A DNA stretch of 64,000 bases, from assembly GCA_035193785.1 (NCBI GenBank), contig CP136572.1, forward strand, positions 4,500,578-4,564,577, in the 5' to 3' direction. Positions within the stretch are counted from its first letter, which is position 1, and each line of letters begins with the position of its first letter. The notes beneath the pieces were generated by a model, which was not told the origin of the DNA, ran no database searches, and was given only the letters and a program-made list of their open reading frames with translations. The translations under genes and the position numbers were made by a program. This DNA is from Planktothrix sp. GU0601_MAG3 (GTDB lineage Bacteria; Cyanobacteriota; Cyanobacteriia; Cyanobacteriales; Microcoleaceae). Shown piece after piece: positions 49,752 to 58,270 of this stretch.

Positions 49752-49826
49752 TGGATTTTTTGATCCGAACAGAACCATTGACTGCTATAATTAAATCAGC
49801 ATCGTCATCTATCCCCAGACTTAACT

Positions 49827-51687
49827 ATGAGTCAATGCCTTAACCCCGATTGTTTACAAACCAACCTCAAAACCACAAATTTTTGTCAAAAATGCGGTTC
49901 TAAATTACTATTAAAAGAACGATATCGGGCGTTAAATATCTTAGGTCAAGGGGGTTTTGGTCGAACGTTTCAAGCCATTGATGAAGATAAACCCTCTCAA
50001 CCCTATTGTGTAATTAAACAATTTTTACCCCAAGCTCAAGGCACAGATAATCAAGAAAAAGCGGGAGAACTTTTTAAACAAGAAGCCATACAATTAGAAC
50101 AATTAGGCAAACATCAACAAATTCCTGAATTATTCGCCCATTTTATCCAAGATCATCGTCAATATTTAGTTCAAGAATATATTGAAGGACAAAATTTAGC
50201 CCAAGAATTAGCCGAAAACGGGGTATTTTCAGAAACTAAAATTATTAATTTGTTGGGAGATTTATTACCTGTTATAGCGTTTATTCACGAAAAATTAGTA
50301 ATTCATAGAGATATTAAGCCGGAAAATATTATTAGAAGAAAGGGCGATAATAAATTAGTTTTAGTGGATTTTGGAGCAGCTAAAGCAGCCACTATAACGG
50401 CGTTAGCGGTGACAGGAACAGTTATTGGTTCCGCCCAATATACTGCACCCGAACAAGCGATGGGAAAACCCACTTTTGCCAGTGATTTATATAGTTTAGG
50501 AGTAACTTGTATTCATTTATTAACGAATATTGAACCCTTTGATTTATTTGATGTTAGTGAAAGTGATTGGGTGTGGCGAGATTATTTAAAGGTTAAAGTG
50601 AGCGATCGCTTAGGTCAAGTGTTAGATAAACTGCTGCAACAGGGAACAAAAAAACGCTTTCAAACGCCTCAAGAAGTCTTAGACGCTTTACAATTAACAG
50701 TTAAACCAACACCCCAACAGGATATCGAATTAAAGTCAGCTAGAGGGGTTAATTATTATCAATTAGAACAACTTTTGAAAGCCGGAAGTTGGAAAGAAGC
50801 TGACCGAGAAACAGCTAATAAAATGTTAGAAGTAGCAGGAATAACAAAGGAAGGAAAGTTAGATAAAGACTCAATTGATAATTTCCCCTGTGAGGATTTA
50901 CGCACCATTGATCAGTTATGGGTAAAGTATAGTAATGGTCGCTTTGGCTTCAGTGTCCAGAAGCAGATTTGGCTGGAAGTTGGGGGTAAAGTAGACAGGG
51001 AGACAGAATCTAAGTTAGGCAATCGCGTCGGATGGAGAAGGAATGGTAGTTGGAAGAAACTACGATCACCTGACCTTTTCCTTACAAGCTACCGTGGGTC
51101 ACTTTCCGCGTGTGGGTCGTATGTCTATGTTCAACAATGATCAGCGCTGGGCTAGTTTGTTCTTATCTCGCGTCAAGGACTGTAAGCTTACACCGTTACC
51201 GACAACCCAACCAATACCCCAACCTAATATTGAATTAAAGTCAGCTAAAGGTGTGAGTTATCATCAATTAGAACAACTTTTGAAAGCTGGAAAATGGAAA
51301 GAAGCTGACCAAGAAACGGCTCAAAAAATGTTAGAAGTAGCGGGAAGAACAGATAGGGGATGGTTAGATAGAAACTCAATTGACGACTTCCCCTGTGAGG
51401 ATTTACGCACCATTGATCAGTTATGGGTAAAATATAGTGATGGTCGCTTTGGCTTCAGTGTCCAGAAGCAGATTTGGCTAGAAGTTGGGGGTAAAGTAGA
51501 CTATGAGACAGAAGGTAAGTTAGGCGATCGTGTCGGATGGAAAAAGAACGGCCATTGGATGAACTACGAGCACCTGACCTTTTCGTTGCAAGCTCCCTTG
51601 GGTCACCTCCCTCGCGTATTTACGTCTGGTTGGGGCGGGGGTAAGGGTGGTGTTCTTGCGTTGCTTCTCTCGCGTCAAGAACTGTAA
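49827..51687 (+). CDS. Ser/Thr protein kinase (N-terminal Cys motif) with two tandem GUN4 domains (frame break at about 51058)
   Basis: CLNPDC..CQKCG, GQGGFG, HRDIKPEN, DFG, APE; two LWVKYSxGRFGFSVQKQIW repeats. Confidence 0.9.
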
Positions 51688-51742
51688 GCTATAACATATA
51701 AGGCTTACAGATTTTCGTAAAGATTTATGACATCGACCGAAT

Positions 51743-52111
51743 GTAGGGGCGGGTTCGCCGGGATTTTTGTTAATAATAATTAACCTAAATAAACCCGCCC
51801 AACCCCATAATATGAATCAATATAAACCCCGTTTTATTAACGTTAAATTTTGGTGAGATGGGGCGGGTTTATCAAGATTATTTGTCAGATTTGAAAGATT
51901 TTGTCGAACCCGCCCCTACGGTTTTTACCGAATGTAGGGGCGGGTTCGTCGGGATTTTTGTTAATAATAATTAACCTAAATAAACCCGCCCAACCCCATA
52001 ATAGGAATCAATATCAACCCGGTTTTATTAACGTTAAATTTGGGTGGGGTGAGGGCGGGTTTATCAAGATTATTTGTCAGATTAGAAAGATTTTGTCGAA
52101 CCCGCCCCTAC
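51743..52111. repeat. two tandem about 178-bp MITE/REPIN-like elements
   Basis: Units 51743-51919 and 51934-52111, each bounded by GTAGGGGCGGGTTCG...CGAACCCGCCCCTAC. Confidence 0.9.
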
Positions 52112-52135
52112 GGGTTTTATTTTAATAATTGGGTT

Positions 52136-52200
52136 AGAAATCGGGTTTCTTAACTGAGCTTTCTGTTAGTAGCAAAGGTTAAGGTAGAAACCCGGTTTTT
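52136..52200. repeat. AGAAACCCGGTTTCT-family palindromes (x2, 50-bp period)
   Basis: Spacer is similar to the first spacer at 49652-49686. Confidence 0.8.
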
Positions 52201-52230
52201 AGGAGGCGTGGGTGATCGGAGGTTTGATAA

Positions 52231-52548
52231 ATGAAAAATGATATTTTTGATCAGTTTCTTGGTTTCTTACAAAATTTAGATCAACAAGAAATTAGCTATT
52301 CTCTAGCTCATCATCGGGATGAGGCGATTATGGTGAGTGTTGCGCTTCCTGGGGAGCGTTGGGAAGTTGAATTTTTGAATGATGGATCTGTCGAGATTGA
52401 AAGATTTATTAGTCAAGGCGAAATATCGGGAGAAGAAGCTTTAAACGAATTATTTTCTCGATATTCAGATCCAGAGGATGTTTCTATTGAGACTAATTCA
52501 AATCCTAACTTGGTATCTATGTTCTTAATTCCCAATAATGTCCAATAA
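52231..52548 (+). CDS. small acidic hypothetical protein
   Basis: GGAGG RBS; PGERWEVEF..DGSVEIERF. Confidence 0.75.
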   Translation: MKNDIFDQFLGFLQNLDQQEISYSLAHHRDEAIMVSVALPGERWEVEFLNDGSVEIERFISQGEISGEEALNELFSRYSDPEDVSIETNSNPNLVSMFLIPNNVQ

Positions 52549-52901
52549 TTTCCAATTTACCGATGAACAAATCTATCAACAAATTGCTCGAATTATCCTG
52601 AGATACAAATTACTAGAATGTGCGGAGTGCGCTGCTGCTATCAAAAACTGGTTAAAGGCGAATCAAATTAATGGCATCCATCTGAAAATAAAACTCGTAG
52701 GTCGGGGATTATTTATTGTTAGTAAGCGTTGGGATGATGGTCAAATATCAATTACCCAAAATGGAACACACTATGGTATTGAAGCAAGAGGTAAAGTCTT
52801 TGATAATCTGTCAACTTTTGGATTAACTAGAGAAACAGTGGATTGCAGATTTTGACTGTCCAAGCGGAAAGTTTATAATAGAAGAAATTGAGAAATTTTA
52901 A
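52538..52901 (+). CDS. papain-fold toxin domain protein, Tox-PL-2-like (frame break at about 52834)
   Basis: LECAECA, ITQNGTHYGIE, VFDN; corrected end REQWIADFDCPSGKFIIEEIEKF*. Confidence 0.7.
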
Positions 52902-52926
52902 CTGTAATATTTCTGGAGAAAAAAAG

Positions 52927-53274
52927 ATGACTAACCTCTACGAGTTACTCGAAAAAATCAAACAAAAACCAGGAATGTATATTGGCAGTCCTAATATTAA
53001 TAATTTATTGATGTTTTTGTGTGGTTATCAATACGCCTGTGAAGCAATGGAAATTCCTGAAAGCGAACAAGAAACGGAATTTGCACAATTTCAGCCTTGG
53101 TTACAAACCAAATTTGGGGTAAATACCTCTGCATCTTGGGCAAAAATTATTTTACTGTATTCCAGTGATGAAACCGATGCTTTTAAAAACTTCTTTGATT
53201 TATTAACGGAGTTTAGAAATCTACCCAAAGAATCAGAAACAATTAACAAAGAATCATTATCTTTAAAGGTTTAA
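52927..53274 (+). CDS. hypothetical protein, putative immunity/partner
   Basis: LLEKIKQKPGMYIG..FLCGY..FQPWLQ; directly downstream of the toxin-like ORF. Confidence 0.65.
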   Translation: MTNLYELLEKIKQKPGMYIGSPNINNLLMFLCGYQYACEAMEIPESEQETEFAQFQPWLQTKFGVNTSASWAKIILLYSSDETDAFKNFFDLLTEFRNLPKESETINKESLSLKV

Positions 53275-53372
53275 ATGGCTAGTGGTGTTCAGAAACCGGG
53301 TTTCTTAAACGATTAATAATTGAAAGACCGAGCGTGCGACTTTCCCTCCCATTCGTAATTCGTAATTCCCTA

Positions 53373-54419
53373 TCACCCTTTATACAAAAGCATCACATCT
53401 TCCAAGGACATTCGGGACTGTGCCCCCAATGTTAAGGGTGAAATATGACCTCGACTCAGATGGTCTGAGGCGGCACAAGCAATCATAGCGGCGTTATCAG
53501 TACAATATTTTAAAGGCGGAAATAATACCCGCAAATCGTGAATTTTAGCCACCTCTTGCAGATGGTTTCTTAACCCACTATTTGCCGCCACACCGCCCCC
53601 AATAGCAATAGTATCTAATCCAAAATCCAAGGCACAAGCGATCGCCCTTTTGGTTAAACTTTTAGCAACGGTATCTTGAAAACTCGCCGCAATATCGGCA
53701 ACAGGTAACGAGATATTTTCTTTTTTTTCCAAGGTTTGAACTAACCTTAATACCGCCGTTTTTAACCCGCTAAAACTGGAATGATAGGGATGATAACCGC
53801 CATTGGGGAGGGAAATCTTACCTTCAGGTAAGGCAAAGGCTTTCGGGTTGCCCTGGGTGGCTAATTGGTCAATAATTGGCCCCCCCGGATAGCCCAAATT
53901 CAACAACCGGGCTACTTTATCAAAGGCTTCCCCGGCGGCATCATCCATCGTATGTCCCAGGATTTGATAGACCCCGCAATCTTTGACATGAATTAAACTG
54001 GTATGACCCCCCGATACCAATAGACATAAAAACGGTGGCTGAAGACTGGTTTCGGTTAGGTAGCTGGCATAGATATGACCTTCCAGGTGATGAATCCCTA
54101 AAAAGGGTTTATCATGCACCAGAGCTAGGGTTTTAGCGGTGGTAATGCCCGTGATTAATGCCCCCACCAGTCCCGGCGCACAGGTCGCCGCCACCCCATC
54201 AATGGCCGACCAGTCCAAACCTGCGGTTTCTAAGGCTTGGTCAAGGACGGGATTAACCATTTCTAAATGATGACGGGAGGCAACCTCGGGGACAACCCCG
54301 CCATATTGTTGATGGATGGCGATTTGAGAGGCCACAACATTGCTTAAAACTTTACGATTCTTTACAATTGCGACCCCGGTTTCGTCACAACTTGTTTCAA
54401 TTGCTAAAACTGTTGCCAT
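53373..54419 (-). CDS. tsaD: tRNA t6A threonylcarbamoyltransferase
   Basis: [37 protein letters not shown]. Confidence 0.97.
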   Translation of the reverse strand: MATVLAIETSCDETGVAIVKNRKVLSNVVASQIAIHQQYGGVVPEVASRHHLEMVNPVLDQALETAGLDWSAIDGVAATCAPGLVGALITGITTAKTLALVHDKPFLGIHHLEGHIYASYLTETSLQPPFLCLLVSGGHTSLIHVKDCGVYQILGHTMDDAAGEAFDKVARLLNLGYPGGPIIDQLATQGNPKAFALPEGKISLPNGGYHPYHSSFSGLKTAVLRLVQTLEKKENISLPVADIAASFQDTVAKSLTKRAIACALDFGLDTIAIGGGVAANSGLRNHLQEVAKIHDLRVLFPPLKYCTDNAAMIACAASDHLSRGHISPLTLGAQSRMSLEDVMLLYKG

Positions 54420-54652
54420 TGACTGATAAATTTTATGAAATGATTGGAGCTAACTTTTAGTAGCTTCATCATGGCAGATTTTTTGGGTACAGTGAACAAC
54501 TGAACCTAATAGTCAAATTTGTGCGTGGGTCTTCACCTCGGTTTGAGGGATAACAAACGCTTTGTCCCCAGTTGTTAAGAAGGAGTTCTTAAAAACACCT
54601 TCGGCTCAACGGATGAAAAACGTATTGTTCTGTAACAAAAGGAAACACTTCT

Positions 54653-55144
54653 ATGCGTCGATTGTTAGCTGCTATTCTGGCCCTAGGCTTGTGGATGACC
54701 GTTGTTCCCGCAGCTTCAGCTTATAACTTAGTTCCTTGCTCTGAATCTTCGGTATTTCAGCAACGAGCCAAAACCTCTATATCTGTTGCGGCTAACCCAG
54801 CACAGGCAAAAGCACGCTTTGAGCGTTATTCCCAAGAACTCTGCGGCAAAGATGATGGCTTACCCCATTTAATCGTAGATGGAAGCTTATCTCATGCGGG
54901 AGATTTCTTAATTCCTGGCATTCTGTTCCTGTATATTGCCGGATGGATTGGTTGGGTCGGTCGTTCTTATTTACAATATGCGAGAAAGAGCGAAAACCCC
55001 GCAGAAAAAGAAATTATCATCGATGTTCCTGTGGCTCTGACCTTTATGCTCGGTGGTTTCCTGTGGCCCTTAGCCGCTTTGAAAGAAATGACCACGGGTG
55101 AAATGTACGCCAAAGACGACGAAATCACCGTTTCACCTCGTTAA
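54653..55144 (+). CDS. psaF: photosystem I subunit III
   Basis: [31 protein letters not shown]. Confidence 0.97.
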   Translation: MRRLLAAILALGLWMTVVPAASAYNLVPCSESSVFQQRAKTSISVAANPAQAKARFERYSQELCGKDDGLPHLIVDGSLSHAGDFLIPGILFLYIAGWIGWVGRSYLQYARKSENPAEKEIIIDVPVALTFMLGGFLWPLAALKEMTTGEMYAKDDEITVSPR

Positions 55145-55319
55145 TTACGGAATTCTTAAACAGAGATTTGGGAAGATTTCAGTTGAATTAATCACCTAAA
55201 TGTTCCCAAATTATCCCATAAACAAAGTTTGTTTATGTTCTAATAATCTTTGTGAATTCTGCTTTCTTTTAACAGATTAATTATTGTTCACACGGTTCTA
55301 AACTTAGGAGAAAACCCCC

Positions 55320-55448
55320 ATGCAGTATTTCCTGAAATATCTTTCAACAGCACCCGTTTTAGCTGCGGCTTTGATGGTGTTTACCGCCGGAGTTTTAATC
55401 GAATTTAATCGCTTTTTCCCCGATTTACTTTTCCATCCTCTCTCTTAA
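55320..55448 (+). CDS. psaJ: photosystem I subunit IX
   Basis: Manual translation [42 protein letters not shown]. Confidence 0.95.
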   Translation: MQYFLKYLSTAPVLAAALMVFTAGVLIEFNRFFPDLLFHPLS

Positions 55449-55462
55449 TCTGGAGCTAAAAG

Positions 55463-55719
55463 GGGAACAGGGAATAGGGAATAGGGAATTACGAATTACG
55501 AATTACGAATTACGAATTACGAATGGGTAATAGCAAGATTCCCCCCCTGCTCCCCTGCTCCCCTGCTCCCCCTGCTCCCCTGCTCCCCCTGCTCCCCTGC
55601 TCCCCCTGCTCCCCTGCTCCCCTGCTCCCCCTGCTCCCCCTGCTCCCCCTGCTCCCCCTGCCCCCCTGCTCCCCCTGCTCCCCCTGCTCCCCCTGCTCCC
55701 CCTGCTCCCCCTGCCCTGC
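55463..55719. repeat. compound tandem repeat (GGGAATA, ATTACGA, CTCCCC(C)TG)
   Basis: Seen directly. Confidence 0.95.
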
Positions 55720-55747
55720 TTTCAACCTGTAAATATATTTTTTATCA

Positions 55748-56560
55748 ATGAAATCCTATCTTGCTGCGGCTATTCAAATGACCAGTACACCTTGGCTAGA
55801 CAAAAATCTAGCGGAGGCAGAAGAATTGATCGATTTAGCAGTTCGTCAGGGAGCAGAGTTAATCAGCTTACCTGAGAATTTTCCCTTTATGGGTGAAGAA
55901 GCCGAGAAAATGGCTCAAGCTGAAACTATTGCTCAAACTACAGAAAAATTTCTGAAAACCATTACCCAAAAGTTTCAAATTACTCTATTAGCTGGAGGAT
56001 TTCCAGTGCCTTCGGGTGATGGCAAAGTTTATAATACGGCGGTGTTAATTGATGCTAATGGTCAAGAATTAGCCCGTTATCAAAAAGTTCATCTGTTTGA
56101 TGTGAATTTACCCGATGGTAATACCTATCGGGAATCTAATACGGTGATGGCGGGGACGGTTTTACCTCCGGTTTATCATCATCCAGAGTTGGGCAACTTG
56201 GGGCTGTCGGTCTGTTACGATGTCCGATTTCCCGAACTATATCGCCATTTATCCAAAAAAGAAGCAGAAATTTTATTTGTCCCAGCGGCTTTTACGGCCT
56301 ATACGGGTAAGGATCATTGGGAAGTTCTCCTCAAGGCCAGAGCGATTGAAAATACCTGTTATGTGGTCGCACCTGCTCAAACAGGCTGCCATTATGGGCG
56401 TCGGTATACCCATGGTCATGCAATGATTCTTGACCCTTGGGGGGTGGTTTTAGCGGATGCTGGTGATAAACCCGGGGTGGCGATCGCAGAAATTAATCCC
56501 ACCCGTCTCGAACAAGTTCGGCGCCAAATGCCAAGTCTGCAACATCGGGTATTTATGTGA
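55748..56560 (+). CDS. carbon-nitrogen hydrolase (Nit1/deaminated glutathione amidase-like)
   Basis: LPENF, YQKVHLFD, VCYDVRFPE (Glu-Lys-Cys triad). Confidence 0.9.
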   Translation: MKSYLAAAIQMTSTPWLDKNLAEAEELIDLAVRQGAELISLPENFPFMGEEAEKMAQAETIAQTTEKFLKTITQKFQITLLAGGFPVPSGDGKVYNTAVLIDANGQELARYQKVHLFDVNLPDGNTYRESNTVMAGTVLPPVYHHPELGNLGLSVCYDVRFPELYRHLSKKEAEILFVPAAFTAYTGKDHWEVLLKARAIENTCYVVAPAQTGCHYGRRYTHGHAMILDPWGVVLADAGDKPGVAIAEINPTRLEQVRRQMPSLQHRVFM

Positions 56561-56561
56561 A

Positions 56562-56633
56562 ATGGGGAATGGGTAATGGGTAATGGGTAATGGGTAATGG
56601 GTAATGGGGAATGGGGAATGGGTAATGGGGAAT
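56562..56633. repeat. heptamer array TGGG(T/G)AA
   Basis: About 10 units. Confidence 0.9.
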
Positions 56634-56769
56634 ATTTATAGCGGTGTGCGCTTGTATGAGGTAAAGCAGTGCGAGCGTGCTCCCTCGCTAGTCGGCGTTT
56701 AAACCTTTTAGCTTCTTCGCGCCGAAGCCCCACGACTGACCCGATAGGGCAGCGTGGGATGAATTGCGG

Positions 56770-56973
56770 TCAGGGATTATCGGAACAATCAGGTTGATTT
56801 TGATTCTCGATATATCGTCTCAGGGTTGAAATAGTTATTCCGCCACAGCTTGCAACAAAATAAGAAACCATTCCAAAAAACATCTTTCCAGTAAAAAGAA
56901 CTTAAATAATCAGAACCAAGTGAACCTTTAGATCGCTAACAGATCTACCTTTGCTGACAAAATCATTTTTCAT
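56770..56973 (-). pseudogene. tnpA: internally deleted Y1 transposase
   Basis: MKNDFVSKGRSVSDLKVHLVL joined to FYWKDVFWNGSYFVASCGG..LRRYIENQ; the HUH-containing middle is missing. Confidence 0.8.
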
Positions 56974-57051
56974 GATTCCCCACATTTTAAAACTTGTGCT
57001 ATAGTCAGTGTATATTAAAATCATAACACCCAACAGAGGAGGTGATTCAAA

Positions 57052-58265
57052 GTGCTGAAGGTTACAAAGGTTAGACTCTATCCAACACCCGAACAGGGAT
57101 TGGTGTTAGCCAAGTCATTCGGTTGTGCAAGATGGTATTGGAATTTTGCCTTAAACGCCTGTATTCAGCACTATCAAGAAACAGGTAAGAGCCTAAAGTT
57201 AGCATCTTATAAGGGAATGCTCCCTCAACTCAAAAAAGAATATCCTTGGCTCAAAGAAGATTGCTACTCATCGGTTTTACAATGTGTAGCTATAAACTTA
57301 GATAGAGCTTACAAAAACTTTTTTGAGGGACGAGCTAAATTTCCTAATTTCAAATCTAAACATCACAAGCAATCAATTCAGTACCCCCAAAGTGTTACTG
57401 TTAACGGTGAATATCTAAAAGTCCCTAAGATTGGTGAAATTAAAGCGATATTTCACAGAGAAATTACGGGGAAAATTAAAACAGTAACAATCTCCAAAAC
57501 TTCGACCGATAAATACTTTGCTTCCCTCTTATGTGAGGTAGAAGGAACTGATATTAAACAGTCGGGAGACAACATTATTGGGATTGATTTGGGGTTAAAA
57601 TATTTTGCAATTACTCACAATGGAGAGAGTGCAACTAAATACGCCAACCCTAAACATTTATATCGTCATCAGAAAAATTTAGCCCAAAAACAGAAAAAAC
57701 TCTCTCGAAAAACTAAAGGTAGTAAATCGAGAGAGAAATTTAGAAAAACTCTAGCTAAGGTTCATGAGAAAATCACCAATTCCCGCCAAGATTTCTTGCA
57801 TAAATTATCAAGAAAATTGGTAAACGAAAGCCAAGTCATTGTCGTTGAAAACCTCAATGTCAAGGGGATGGTTAAAAACCGGAAGCTATCAAAAGCAATA
57901 TCTGATGTGGGTTGGGGAAAATTTGTCAATTTTATTGATTACAAGTTAAAGCAAAAAAGTGGTGAACTTGTAGAAATTGATCGCTTTTTTCCCAGTTCCA
58001 AAACTTGTTCCTGTTGTGGTCATATACTGGATGAGTTATCTCTCGATGTCAGGGAGTGGGATTGTCCAAGTTGTCAAACTCACCATGACCGAGATATTAA
58101 CGCTGCACTTAACATCAGGAATGAAGGAATCAGGATATTAACTGAAGGCGGAGGGAAAACCCCGTCTTTGCCGATGGAGGCTGTGTAAGTCCACCTGCTT
58201 GTAAAAGTAAGGGGCATCGGTCTGTGAATTCGGAAGCCTGCACCGACCCGATTAGGGCGGTGTAG
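57052..58265 (+). CDS. tnpB: RNA-guided endonuclease TnpB (ORF track ends 58188; probable 2-nt insertion at about 58157)
   Basis: RLYPT, GIDLG, VENL, CSCCG/CPSC zinc finger, DRDINAALNI. Confidence 0.92.
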
Positions 58266-58270
58266 GTAGT

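Noticed and set aside
49827..52200. Complete classical DGR
   Set aside because: No RT, Avd or adenine-specific template repeat in the window; the two variable segments do not align and differ in length.
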